64,000 nucleotides of DNA, taken from assembly GCA_965223325.1 (NCBI GenBank), contig CBDCWI010000001.1:64001-128000 (forward strand), read 5' to 3'. Positions 38,416-50,530 of the stretch are shown here, piece after piece. Below the pieces are notes generated by a model. That model did no database searches. It was not told the DNA's origin and worked only from the letters and a program-made list of their open reading frames with translations. The translations under genes and the position numbers were made by a program. The DNA is from Candidatus Multivoradales bacterium (GTDB lineage: Bacteria; Acidobacteriota; Thermoanaerobaculia; Multivoradales; Multivoraceae). How positions within the stretch are numbered: position 1 is the first letter of the stretch; every line of letters begins with the position of its first letter.

Positions 38416-38873
38416 TTCTCTCTGAGTCTGCAATGTGTGTGGACGGCCTGCATCGCAGGTCTTGAGCCCTCTGCCTGGCGCGGCGGGTGCTGGGCCTGTA
38501 TCCGTGATCGCCGTCGTTTGAATCGTTCTCCGGTCCAAGCGGCAACTCGGGCGCCCTCGGCGCCGGAGGTCGGCAGGCACCTCCCCGTTCTGGCGGCAAC
38601 CGACGCCCCCGGCGTCAGCCACCGCTGAACACCGTCTCTCCTCCTCCGCTTCCATCTGCTTCGGACAGCATCCGAGCTCTGGACCCGAAGGATCGACAGG
38701 ACGGATGGGGACCGGTCGGAGGAGAGCCTTCGATCGGGAAGGTGATCTGTTTGTCCGCCGACCGCGCGCACACTGATTCGCAACCTCACCAGCAGACCAG
38801 ACGACGAGCAACAGCACAACAAGCATCACCAGCAAGAAGCGCCCTCGGGCCAGGCATCACACCACCGCCCCTC

Positions 38874-39353
38874 ATGACGACTACCCAACTCGCCAACCCG
38901 CCACTGCCGCAGGACACCCTCAGCGAAATCGCTGCTGCGGCTTCTGCCATCGGCTGTGAACTGATCCACGTCGAGCAGCGCGGCGATACCCTGCGCCTGG
39001 TCCTCGACCGGGAAGAGGGTGGGGTGACGGTCGACGACTGCCAGCAGGTCTCTCGCGATGCCTCAGCCATTCTCGACCTCGCCGACTTCGGCACCCGGCG
39101 CTACACCCTGGAGGTCAGCTCGCCCGGCCTCGATCGGCCGCTCTACAGAGCCCGCGACTGGGAACGCTTCGCGGGTCGGTTGATCAAGCTGAAGTACCGC
39201 GACGACGAAGGTCGCAAGTACACGGTCAGAGCGAACATCGAGTCGTTCGACCGCGCGGCAGCCCAAGCCGTGGTCTCGGTTCCTGAAAGCGGCGCCACCA
39301 TCGAACTCTCTCTATCCCAGGTGGAATCCGCCAGACTCGAGATCGAGCTCTAG
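38874..39353 (+). CDS. rimP: Ribosome maturation factor RimP
   Basis: GVTVDDCQQVSR and YTLEVSSPGLDRPL; upstream of nusA. Confidence 0.93.
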   Translation: MTTTQLANPPLPQDTLSEIAAAASAIGCELIHVEQRGDTLRLVLDREEGGVTVDDCQQVSRDASAILDLADFGTRRYTLEVSSPGLDRPLYRARDWERFAGRLIKLKYRDDEGRKYTVRANIESFDRAAAQAVVSVPESGATIELSLSQVESARLEIEL

Positions 39354-39378
39354 ACCCCGAGGGCCACGCGGCCCCACT

Positions 39379-39419
39379 CCCCGACAAGGTTGCCCCGACA
39401 AGGTTGCCCCGACAAGCTT
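39379..39419. repeat. 14-bp tandem repeat, about 3 units, in the rimP-nusA spacer
   Basis: CCCCGACAAGGTTG twice, then CCCCGACAAGCTT. Confidence 0.8.
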
Positions 39420-39485
39420 CTCTCAAGATCTTCCTGAATCTCCCCAGAACCACCTCAAGCCCCTCCATCAAAGGAAAAGACGGCC

Positions 39486-41072
39486 ATGGCGCAAGCAGAA
39501 GCACAGCCCAACATCTACGAAGTCCTCAAGCAAGTCGCACCTGAGAAAGAGATCGAGCTTGATCACTGGGTCGCGGCACTCGAGGACGCGGTCGCATCGG
39601 CAGCCAAGAAGCAGCACCGCATCAAAGAGCCGGTGCGCGCAACCCTTGACCCCGCGACTGGCCAGTTCGCCGCCTTCGTCGTGCGTCAGGTCGTCGAGGA
39701 GGTCGAGGACCCGGTCGCCGAATGGACCCTCGAGGAGGCGCGCGAACATCAAGCCGATGCCGAAATCGGCACCGAGATTCTGACTCCCCTATCGACCGAA
39801 GGCCTGGGACGTATCGCAGCCCAGTCGGCGAAGCAGGTGCTTTACCAGCGCATTCGCGAGGCCGAGCGCGAAAAGATCCACAACGAGTACTTCCCGCGTC
39901 TCGGTGAGGTCGTCAACGGAACCGTGCGACGTTTCGAGCGCGGCGACATCATTGTCGACCTCGGGCGCGCCGAGGCCGCCGTACCGCGCCGCGAGCAGTC
40001 ACGCCACGAACGCTACAGCCAGGGTGAGCGCATCCGAGCGGTCATCGTCGACGTGCACACCCAACCCAAGGGACCCCAGATCATCCTCTCGCGCACCGAC
40101 CCGCGCCTCCTGGTGCGGTTGTTCGAGATGGAGGTTCCCGAGATCTACGACGGCACGGTGATCATCAAGCAGGCCGTTCGCGCGCCCGGCGAGCGCGCCA
40201 AGGTCGCGGTCATAAGCCGCGAGCGCGACGTCGACCCAGTCGGCGCCTGCGTCGGCATGAAGGGCTCGCGTGTCCAGTCCATCATCCGCGAACTGCGCGG
40301 CGAGAAGATCGACATCATCGAGCATCACGACGACCTGGTGACCTTCGCCCAGAGCGCCCTCGCGCCAGCCAAGATCACTCGCGTCTCGGTCACCCACCAG
40401 GGCGAGCGCCCACACCTCGACGTGATCGTCGAAGACGAGCAGCTATCCCTGGCGATCGGCAAGCGCGGTCAGAACGTGCGCCTCGCGTCGCAGCTGATTG
40501 GTGCCGAGATCGATATCAAGAGTGAAACCGACGTCAAGGACGAGGTCGCCGACGCCCTCGCCAGGATGCTGCAGGTCGAGATGACACCCGAGGATGGAGG
40601 CACCGCCATCGACCTGACCTCGGCGCCCGGCATCGGTGAAGGCACCGCGCAGGCGCTCGAAGCGGCGGGCTTCGGAGACCTCGAGAAGATCAAGGCTGCC
40701 TCACGCGAGGAGCTCGAAGCCGTCGAGGGCATCGGCCCGAAGACCGCCGAGGGTCTCCTGGCCTGGGCAGGCGAGCAGCAGCCAGCGCCCGCGGAGGCGG
40801 GCGCCGGCGGGCTCCTTGGCGCTCTCGGAGACGCCATTGACGCCGCCGAACAGGAAGCGGCCGCCACCGCCGGAAGCGGCGGCGACGACTTCCTCGACGC
40901 CTTGACCAAGGCGTTTGCAGACGACGACGGCGAAGCGGCCAGCGCCGAAGCGGCGGCTGAGGAGGCCGAACCGGCGGGGGCCGACAAACTGGCCGCCGCC
41001 CTCGCGGAGCTCCAGAACGAGAGTGACGAGAGTGACGCCGCCGGCGATGCGGGCGGCGGCGAAGAAGAGTGA
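39486..41072 (+). CDS. nusA: Transcription factor NusA with an HhH domain and an acidic tail
   Basis: GRIAAQSAKQ, S1, KH motifs DPVGACVGMKGSRV and LAIGKRGQNVRLA, HhH GIGPKTA. Confidence 0.97.
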   Translation: MAQAEAQPNIYEVLKQVAPEKEIELDHWVAALEDAVASAAKKQHRIKEPVRATLDPATGQFAAFVVRQVVEEVEDPVAEWTLEEAREHQADAEIGTEILTPLSTEGLGRIAAQSAKQVLYQRIREAEREKIHNEYFPRLGEVVNGTVRRFERGDIIVDLGRAEAAVPRREQSRHERYSQGERIRAVIVDVHTQPKGPQIILSRTDPRLLVRLFEMEVPEIYDGTVIIKQAVRAPGERAKVAVISRERDVDPVGACVGMKGSRVQSIIRELRGEKIDIIEHHDDLVTFAQSALAPAKITRVSVTHQGERPHLDVIVEDEQLSLAIGKRGQNVRLASQLIGAEIDIKSETDVKDEVADALARMLQVEMTPEDGGTAIDLTSAPGIGEGTAQALEAAGFGDLEKIKAASREELEAVEGIGPKTAEGLLAWAGEQQPAPAEAGAGGLLGALGDAIDAAEQEAAATAGSGGDDFLDALTKAFADDDGEAASAEAAAEEAEPAGADKLAAALAELQNESDESDAAGDAGGGEEE

Positions 41073-41148
41073 TGAACCGCAACGCGAAAACCGAATTCCA
41101 GAGACGAACCAGCCAGAGACGTACTAGAGAGAGATCCGAGGAAACAGT

Positions 41149-43602
41149 ATGGCGAAGATCCGTGTAGCCGACATCGCCGGCAAGATGGGGGTCCCCGAAC
41201 AGGACCTCCTGTTCAAACTCCAGTCGATTGGTGTGCGCGTCGAAGGCGACGGGATGGTCGACACTGAGGTCATCAAGGCCTTGCTAACCGGCAAGTCCCT
41301 CCCTCAGGCTCCGTCACGCGAAGTGATCGTGCGCGACGAGAAGGCGGCGGCGGCCAAGCCCACCACCCCGCGGCGGCCACCCGGCCGGCGGCCGCCAGCC
41401 GGGCCCCAGCTGCGTCCTCAGGGGCGGCGGCGCGCGGTGGTCAACAAAGCCGACACCCAGATCAAAACGATCCCGACGACCCAGCGGCCCGAGCCGCCGC
41501 GCCCGGCCAGAACGCAGCCGGCGGCACAGGCGCGCACCAAGGCTCCCGAGCGCAAGCCCGAACCCCGGCGCCCAGACCGCAAGAAGACGCAGCATGAGAA
41601 GGCTGCGCGGTTGGCCGAGATCGAGGAGCAGGAGGCCCTGCACGAGTTTCGTGGCGACGTGCGCGAGCTCGAACAGGCCGAAGCGGCCGCGGGTGCGCCG
41701 GCACCGCCGCCCGTCCAGCGCGATGACGGCGAGTCGGAGCGCCCGACCAGCCGGCAGAGCCGGCGCGCTGAACGCAAGCAGCGCGACGCCGCCGCGGCCA
41801 AGTCCGGCGAGGTGGTTTCCTCGATCGATCCTGCCACCGTCGGGCCGATCACCGTCTCTGAGGGCATGAAGGTTCGTGAACTGGCCGAGAAGCTGGGGAT
41901 CAAGTCCAAGGAGCTCATCAAGGCCCTCATGAGCCGCGGCATCATGGCCACCGTCAACCACGTTCTCGAGACCGAGACCGCGGTCGAGGTCGCCGAGTCG
42001 CTGGGCTTCGAGGCGATGGCCGTGACCTTCGAGGAGCAGGTCCAGCTACGCCAGGACGAGGCCGGCCCGTCGAAGAGCGAAGGCAAGGAACCGCGGGCAC
42101 CCGTCGTAACCGTGATGGGTCACGTCGATCACGGCAAGACGACGCTCCTCGACACCATTCGATCCTCCAACGTCACCGAGGGTGAGCACGGCGGCATCAC
42201 CCAGCACATCGCCGCCTACCGCGTCGATGCTGGCGACGGGCGCCCGATCGTCTTCCTCGACACCCCGGGTCATGAGGCGTTCACCAAGCTGCGTGCACGC
42301 GGAGCGCAGGTCACCGACGTCGTCGTTTTGGTCGTTGCCTCCGATGACGGCGTCATGCCGCAGACCAAAGAGGCAATCGACCACGCCAAGGCCGCCAACG
42401 TGCCGATCATCGTAGCGATCAACAAGATGGACCGGCCCGATGCCAACCCGGACCGGGTCAAGAAGGACCTCGCCGACAACGAGTTGCTGGTCGAAGACTG
42501 GGGCGGTGACGTCGTCTCGGTTCCGATCTCGGCGCTCAACGGCGACGGCGTCGACGACCTCAAGGAGATGATCCTCCTGAACTCCGAGATGCTCGAGCTC
42601 AAGGCCGACCCCGAACTGCCCGCCCAGGGCGTCGTGATCGAGGCCGAGAAGGTCAAAGGCCGGGGCACTGTGGCAACCATTCTCGTTCAAGACGGAACCC
42701 TGCGCGTCGGCGACTCGTTCGTCGCCGGGGCGACATTCGGTCGAGTGCGCTCGATGAGTGACAGTTCGGGCTCGCGGGTCAAAGAGGCCGGCCCCTCCAC
42801 GCCGGTGCAGGTCGACGGCTTCGACGACCTTCCGGCCGCCGGCGACACCATTCAGGTTGTCGAAAAAGAGTCGGAAGCCCGCGACATCGCTGAGTACCGT
42901 GCCTCCGAGCAGCGCCAGCGCGAGCTGGCACCGGTCGCGGGCCGCATGACTCTCGAGTCGCTGTTCGCTTCGATCGAAGAAGGTGAGGCCAAGGAGCTCC
43001 CGGTGGTCGTCAAGGCCGACGTGCAAGGCTCGGTCGAGGTACTCAAAGACACCCTTGCCCGCACCTCCACCGACGCGGTCAAGGTCAAGATCATCCACAG
43101 CGGCGTAGGAGCCGTCAGTACCAACGACGTGCTCCTGGCTTCGGCTTCGGGCGGCATCATCTATGGCTTCAACGTTCGCCCAGAGCGCCAGGCCACCGAA
43201 CTCGCCGCCAAAGAAGAAGTCGAGATTCGCACCCACACGGTGATCTACGAGCTCGTCGACGAGCTCAAGAGGGCCATGGCCGGGCTGCTCGATCCAGAGT
43301 GGCATGAGGTCGATCTCGGTCGAGCCGAGGTCCGCGACACCTTCAAAGTGCCCAAGATGGGTACCGTCGCTGGCTGCCACGTGGTCGAGGGCGTCATTCG
43401 CAGGAATGCCTCGGTGAGACTGCTACGCGACAACGTGGTGGTCTACGACGGCAAGGTGGGCTCGCTGCGTCGCTTCAAGGACGACGCCACCGAAGTGCGC
43501 AGCGGTTTCGACTGCGGCATCGGGCTCGAGGCCTACCAGGACGTCAAACCTGGCGACATGATCGAGGCCTACACTCAGGAGGCCGTCCAGCCCACGCTGT
43601 AG
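41149..43602 (+). CDS. infB: Translation initiation factor IF-2
   Basis: GHVDHGKTT, GGITQHI, DTPGHEAF, NKMD and KADVQGS. Confidence 0.98.
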   Translation: MAKIRVADIAGKMGVPEQDLLFKLQSIGVRVEGDGMVDTEVIKALLTGKSLPQAPSREVIVRDEKAAAAKPTTPRRPPGRRPPAGPQLRPQGRRRAVVNKADTQIKTIPTTQRPEPPRPARTQPAAQARTKAPERKPEPRRPDRKKTQHEKAARLAEIEEQEALHEFRGDVRELEQAEAAAGAPAPPPVQRDDGESERPTSRQSRRAERKQRDAAAAKSGEVVSSIDPATVGPITVSEGMKVRELAEKLGIKSKELIKALMSRGIMATVNHVLETETAVEVAESLGFEAMAVTFEEQVQLRQDEAGPSKSEGKEPRAPVVTVMGHVDHGKTTLLDTIRSSNVTEGEHGGITQHIAAYRVDAGDGRPIVFLDTPGHEAFTKLRARGAQVTDVVVLVVASDDGVMPQTKEAIDHAKAANVPIIVAINKMDRPDANPDRVKKDLADNELLVEDWGGDVVSVPISALNGDGVDDLKEMILLNSEMLELKADPELPAQGVVIEAEKVKGRGTVATILVQDGTLRVGDSFVAGATFGRVRSMSDSSGSRVKEAGPSTPVQVDGFDDLPAAGDTIQVVEKESEARDIAEYRASEQRQRELAPVAGRMTLESLFASIEEGEAKELPVVVKADVQGSVEVLKDTLARTSTDAVKVKIIHSGVGAVSTNDVLLASASGGIIYGFNVRPERQATELAAKEEVEIRTHTVIYELVDELKRAMAGLLDPEWHEVDLGRAEVRDTFKVPKMGTVAGCHVVEGVIRRNASVRLLRDNVVVYDGKVGSLRRFKDDATEVRSGFDCGIGLEAYQDVKPGDMIEAYTQEAVQPTL

Positions 43603-43645
43603 CTTGCACCGTGTTCTGAGACGTCTCAATCGGCGGATGCAACCC

Positions 43646-43936
43646 ATGATCGTCGGCCTGTCGCAGTTCGAGATCCATATTCCGGGGGCACGCAGCCTCA
43701 AAGACAAACGGCGAGTCGTCAGGAGCCTGATGGAGCGCCTACACAACCGCTATCGCATCTCGATCGCCGAAACGGACTTTCATGACTTGCATCAACGGGC
43801 CGAGATCGGGCTGGCGGTGGTCGGCAGAAGCAACAGCGAAGTCGACCGTCTGCTCGAGGACCTGCACCGTGCCATCGAAGGCAACCTCGATCTCGTCATC
43901 ACTCACTGGGCTCCAGAGATTCTCGAAGGCCAGTAG
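43646..43936 (+). CDS. ylxP: DUF503 (YlxP) family protein
   Basis: SLKDKRRVV...D.HQRAEIG, between infB and rbfA. Confidence 0.88.
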   Translation: MIVGLSQFEIHIPGARSLKDKRRVVRSLMERLHNRYRISIAETDFHDLHQRAEIGLAVVGRSNSEVDRLLEDLHRAIEGNLDLVITHWAPEILEGQ

Positions 43937-44007
43937 CTGCTTTTTCCCAAACCAGGCGTCTCAGAACCCGGCTCGCCGGGCGCGCCAGACCCCAGGCCAC
44001 CTCGAAC

Positions 44008-44415
44008 ATGAATCATGATCGCCGCATGCAACGCGTTCACGACCTCCTGCGAGCCGAGCTCTCAGTGCTCCTGTCGCGCGAGATCAAAGACCCCCGTGTT
44101 GCCTTGACCTCCGTCTCCGAGCTCGACGTCGCCGGAGACCTTTCTCATGCCACCGTGCGCGTTTCGGTCCTCGGAGATGACGAGGAGCGCCGCCTCGACG
44201 CGCTCGCCGGCCTCGAGAGCGCGGCCGGCTGGATTCGTCGTCAGCTGGCGCAGCGCCTCGACCTGCGACGGGTCCCGGAGCTCCACTTCGAGCTCTACCG
44301 CGGCGCCGAGCACAGCCAGCGAATCGGCGAGCTCCTCGAAGAGAACCTGCCCGACCAACCCGGCGACGAGCACCCCGCTGCGTTGGCGTCTGAGCTGGAA
44401 GGAGAGGACCCATGA
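44008..44415 (+). CDS. rbfA: Ribosome-binding factor A
   Basis: IKDPRV, DLSHATV, GWIRRQL and RRVPELHF. Confidence 0.95.
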   Translation: MNHDRRMQRVHDLLRAELSVLLSREIKDPRVALTSVSELDVAGDLSHATVRVSVLGDDEERRLDALAGLESAAGWIRRQLAQRLDLRRVPELHFELYRGAEHSQRIGELLEENLPDQPGDEHPAALASELEGEDP

Positions 44416-45440
44416 GTCCACCGGTTCCCACTCCGCAGGCACTGGTCGAAGCGCTCTCCTCGAGCTCGGCCGTTCTCTTGACCAGCCACACCAACCCCGA
44501 CGGTGACGCCATCGGTTCAGAGATTGCCCTGGCGCGCATTCTTCTGCGCCTCGGGAAACAGGTTACGATCTGGAATCGCGACCCCACCCCCACCGTCTAC
44601 GCGAACCTCCCAGGCGCCGAAGCGATCTTCGTCGGCGAGGAACCACCCGCCGGTTTCCCGAGCGCCTTCGATCAGACGCTGCTGCTCGAATGCCCGGGCA
44701 TCGAGCGCTCCGGCCACGAGGCGTTTCTCACCGGTCGCGACCTGCTCAACGTCGACCATCACCTGGGCAACGACATGTACGGCACGGTCGACTGGGTTGA
44801 CACCGAGGCGCCGTCGGTTGGCGAGATGGTCCTTCGTCTCGCCGACTCCCTGAAGGTAGAGCTCGACGTCGAAACTGCAACCGCGCTCTACCTCACTCTG
44901 GTCACCGATACCGGGAACTTCCGTTTCTCGAACGCCACCCCGCGAGCCTTCGAGGCAGCGGGAAGACTGGTGACACTCGGCGCTTCGCCAGAACGAGTTT
45001 CGGGCTGGCTCTACGAGAGCCAACCCGTCGGCGCAGTGCGACTGCTCGGTGCCCTCCTACGGAGCCTCGAGCTCGACGCCGATGGCCGCATCGCGACCGT
45101 CTGCCTGAGCCAGGAGATGTACCGCGAAGCCGGTGCCAGCCGCGAGGACTCAGAGGGCCTGATCGACTACCCCCGTTCCATCGGCGGCGTCGACGTCGTG
45201 GCCTTGATCCGCGAACTCCCCGGTAGCGAGAGCGTCAAGGTCTCCCTGCGCAGCCGCGGCACGATCAGTGTCGAGGAGGTGGCGGTGCGCCACGGTGGTG
45301 GTGGCCACCGAAACGCTGCCGGTTGTCGGCTCGATGGAGTCGACCTGGAAGCCGCCCGCAAGCTGCTCGTGCCGCAACTGACGGCCCAGCTCACTGCAGG
45401 AAGTGACCCCTCGGCGCGGTCGGCGGGAGGAACCTCCTGA
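44412..45440 (+). CDS. nrnA: DHH/DHHA1 oligoribonuclease/pAp phosphatase
   Basis: HTNPDGDAIGS, DHH, TDTGNF, KVSLRS and GGGGHRNAAG. Confidence 0.92.
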   Translation: MSPPVPTPQALVEALSSSSAVLLTSHTNPDGDAIGSEIALARILLRLGKQVTIWNRDPTPTVYANLPGAEAIFVGEEPPAGFPSAFDQTLLLECPGIERSGHEAFLTGRDLLNVDHHLGNDMYGTVDWVDTEAPSVGEMVLRLADSLKVELDVETATALYLTLVTDTGNFRFSNATPRAFEAAGRLVTLGASPERVSGWLYESQPVGAVRLLGALLRSLELDADGRIATVCLSQEMYREAGASREDSEGLIDYPRSIGGVDVVALIRELPGSESVKVSLRSRGTISVEEVAVRHGGGGHRNAAGCRLDGVDLEAARKLLVPQLTAQLTAGSDPSARSAGGTS

Positions 45441-46417
45441 TGGGTCGCAAACCACGGTCGAGCGGCCTCGACGGCCTGTTGCTGGTCGACAAGCCGCGCG
45501 GTCACACCTCGCATGACGTCGTGCAGCAGGCGCGACGGGCTCTCGGCCAGCGTAAGATCGGCCACTGCGGCACCCTCGACCCGGAAGCCACCGGCCTCCT
45601 CTTGTTGACCCTCGGAAGGGGCACCCGCCTGACCCGGTTCCTGATCAAGGCCCCCAAGGTCTACCAGGGCACCATCCGCCTCGGTGCTGCCACCGACACC
45701 TACGACGCCGCCGGTGAGATGACCGCCGAAGCGCCGGTCGATGGCATTACGCTGGACGATGTCGATGCCAAGATGGCCGAATTCGTTGGCCTGTACCCGC
45801 AAGTGCCACCGCCCTACAGCGCCAAGAAGATCGACGGGCAGAAGTTCTACGAGCTCGCGCGCCGCGGCGATGCCGTCCCTCAGGACGCCGCCGAGGTTCG
45901 GATCTACGACTTCGCGCGCCATCCGGGAGCACTCGGTGACCCCGCGCTCCCGGGCACCCCGGACCCGGACGACTCGCTTCCCATCGTCCCCTTCCGCCTG
46001 GCGAGCGCCTCGGGAACCTACGCGCGTTCGCTGGCCCACGACCTCGGCAAGAAGCTCGGTTGCCACGCCCACCTGGCTTCGCTACGCCGCATCCAAATCG
46101 GCGGCTTCGAGCTCGCGAATGCCACCGAACTCGAGCCACTCCGTCAGGCCGAGGGCGACACCGCTCGGCTGGGAGGAGCCTGGATCCCATTCGACGACAT
46201 CCCGCTCCCCTTCCAAGGGGTCGCCACCGACACGCGTCAGGAGCGCCGCATCAAGCACGGCCAGACCGTCCTGGTACCGGCTCTCGAAGGTGAAGAGGGC
46301 GACTGGGTGCGGCTCTCCGGCCCGCGCGGCGAGTTTCTCGCCGTCGGCACCATTTCCGAGCGCCTGGGCGGCGCCGGAACGGCGGTGGTCCAGCCCCGTA
46401 TTGTCTTCAAACAGTGA
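45440..46417 (+). CDS. truB: tRNA pseudouridine(55) synthase
   Basis: DKPRGHTSHDVV, GHCGTLDP, PPPYSAKK and SGTYARSL. Confidence 0.96.
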   Translation: MGRKPRSSGLDGLLLVDKPRGHTSHDVVQQARRALGQRKIGHCGTLDPEATGLLLLTLGRGTRLTRFLIKAPKVYQGTIRLGAATDTYDAAGEMTAEAPVDGITLDDVDAKMAEFVGLYPQVPPPYSAKKIDGQKFYELARRGDAVPQDAAEVRIYDFARHPGALGDPALPGTPDPDDSLPIVPFRLASASGTYARSLAHDLGKKLGCHAHLASLRRIQIGGFELANATELEPLRQAEGDTARLGGAWIPFDDIPLPFQGVATDTRQERRIKHGQTVLVPALEGEEGDWVRLSGPRGEFLAVGTISERLGGAGTAVVQPRIVFKQ

Positions 46418-46731
46418 TGTTTGACCGACTCTTTGTGTTAATGTCCGTCGCGATAGATAAGAAAGAGAAATCAATAGACAAACTGTGACCTCGAACGAGA
46501 CCTCAGCTGGTTTCGAGAGGTCGCCACGATCTGAACGAGCCAACAGTTCAGGGCCAAATCACCGGGCCAGCCCATCGGGCCAACCCCTGAGGACGACCAG
46601 GGCCGGGCGAAGAGACGCGCCGCCTCCGCCGAACGGCGCAAGGGTCTTCCCCAGGGCCGGGCCGGACTCAGACCAGCGCATCGACGTGCGCCGCTTCTGA
46701 CCTCGGAAAGATCGCAGCAGGAGTAGAAAAG

Positions 46732-47001
46732 TTGCCGCAGAACAAGGAAATCAAGCAGGGAATCATCGAGGACTACCGCCTTCACGGAACCGATACCGGT
46801 TCCCCTGAGGTGCAGGTCGCCCTCCTCACCGGCCGCATCAACGAGCTCACGGAGCACTTCAAGGCCCACAAGAAGGACCACCACAGCCGCCGTGGTCTAC
46901 TCAAGATGGTTGGCCGGCGCCGCCGGCTCCTCGACTACATGCGCCGCCAGGACTTCGATCGTTACCGCTCGACCATCGAGCGGCTCGGCCTGCGCAAGTA
47001 G
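46732..47001 (+). CDS. rpsO: 30S ribosomal protein S15
   Basis: [13 protein letters not shown] and [14 protein letters not shown] start after AGGAG. Confidence 0.97.
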   Translation: MPQNKEIKQGIIEDYRLHGTDTGSPEVQVALLTGRINELTEHFKAHKKDHHSRRGLLKMVGRRRRLLDYMRRQDFDRYRSTIERLGLRK

Positions 47002-47357
47002 ACCCACGGTCTCTGATCCTCGGGTTGTGAAAAGGCTCGGCCTCAGGGGGTCCGTGATGGCGCCCGCCGGACCGCTGCCGACGGAAAAATGGCACCCGAA
47101 CAGCGGGCCCTCGAGCTAGCGGCGCCCCTGAACGAGACCGCTTGAACGCCCGGCCGGGCCCGAGCCCAGGTCTCGAGCCCAGGTACTGTCGCTTCGAGCG
47201 CAGGCTGAACGAATCCAGGCCCTTTTCGCCCTCATTCAGGGCACTCCCCTCCCACCGCGCTCAGCAACGCCAGGCGCACCCGCTCACCAGTCCCACGAGG
47301 TGCACCGACATGCGTGCACTCCCCAAACGAAAGAAAACGAGAGAAAGAAGTCAGTTC

Positions 47358-49655
<2,298 letters not shown>

Positions 49656-49738
49656 GCTTCCGGCGTTTCCGGCCCGTCAGTCCCGTGGAGAGACTAAGGA
49701 CTCATCAATCTCCTTGGAACTCTTGACAAACACGGGAC

Positions 49739-49804
49739 TTGACAGGTACAAACCACAATATCTAGTATAACTCTCCGGAACGTCCCCGCTCGCACGGTGG
49801 ATAA
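49739..49804 (+). promoter_or_regulatory. Sigma-70 promoter overlapped by an NrdR-box-like site, with a DnaA-box-like site downstream
   Basis: -35 TTGACA (49739-49744), 18-bp spacer, -10 TAGTAT (49763-49768). CCACAATATCTAGTA at 49753-49767. TTATCCACC on the minus strand at 49796-49804. Confidence 0.6.
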
Positions 49805-49846
49805 CTACCCCACGTATTTCCTCAACCACTCGGGGGCTTCAAGGTC

Positions 49847-50434
49847 ATGAGTGATCGCCTGTACACAACAAACCAGCTCGCCAAGCTTTTCGGCGTCGTA
49901 CCCACAACGGTCATCGACTGGATCGAAGCGGGCAAACTCGAAGCGTTCAAAACGTTGGGCGGCCATCGCCGCATCACGCACGTCGCGGTGCTCGAGTTCC
50001 TTCGCAAACACGGGCTACCGAGCCCACCCGCCTTCGCCGAACTGAACCGTAAGGTCGTGGTTCTCGACGACGAACCGGAAGTGTTGAACCTGTTCGGTGG
50101 GATCCTTCGCAAGGGTCTTCCTGAGACCGAGGCCATCTTGGTCGACCATCCGGTCGAAGCCTTGATGCGCATCGGCGCCGAGCGCCCCCAACTGGTCGTC
50201 TTCGACATCTACATGCCGGACATGGACGGGTTCGAGTTCTGCCGCCGCCTGCGCGAAAGCCTGACGCATCACCTTCGTCTGCTGGCGATCTCGGGCGATT
50301 CATCGCAGGAGACGGTGCGCCGTATCCTCGCCGCGGGAGCGGACCGCTTCCTGGCCAAGACCGAGGCCCCCAAGGAGCTGGTCAGAGCCTGTGAAGAGCT
50401 CCTCGAAGAGCAGAAGGCGCAGGCTACGAAGTAG
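49847..50434 (+). CDS. Excisionase/MerR-type HTH fused to a C-terminal receiver domain
   Basis: YTTNQLAKLFGV...WIEAGKL..FKTLGGHRRI, then VLDDE...DIYMPDMDG...K. Confidence 0.9.
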   Translation: MSDRLYTTNQLAKLFGVVPTTVIDWIEAGKLEAFKTLGGHRRITHVAVLEFLRKHGLPSPPAFAELNRKVVVLDDEPEVLNLFGGILRKGLPETEAILVDHPVEALMRIGAERPQLVVFDIYMPDMDGFEFCRRLRESLTHHLRLLAISGDSSQETVRRILAAGADRFLAKTEAPKELVRACEELLEEQKAQATK

Positions 50435-50530
50435 GCTCAGAGAGTCAGCCTCAGAGGGATGAGCGGCCGTCGTTTCCCTTTCGGGAGCGACGGCCTTTCT
50501 CGTTCCTGAGGCCCGCGCCGAAGCGAGCGA

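Noticed and set aside
46418-47357. S15 autoregulatory leader and an RNase III stem before pnp
   Set aside because: Plausible from position and spacer length, but I could not define a convincing structure by eye.
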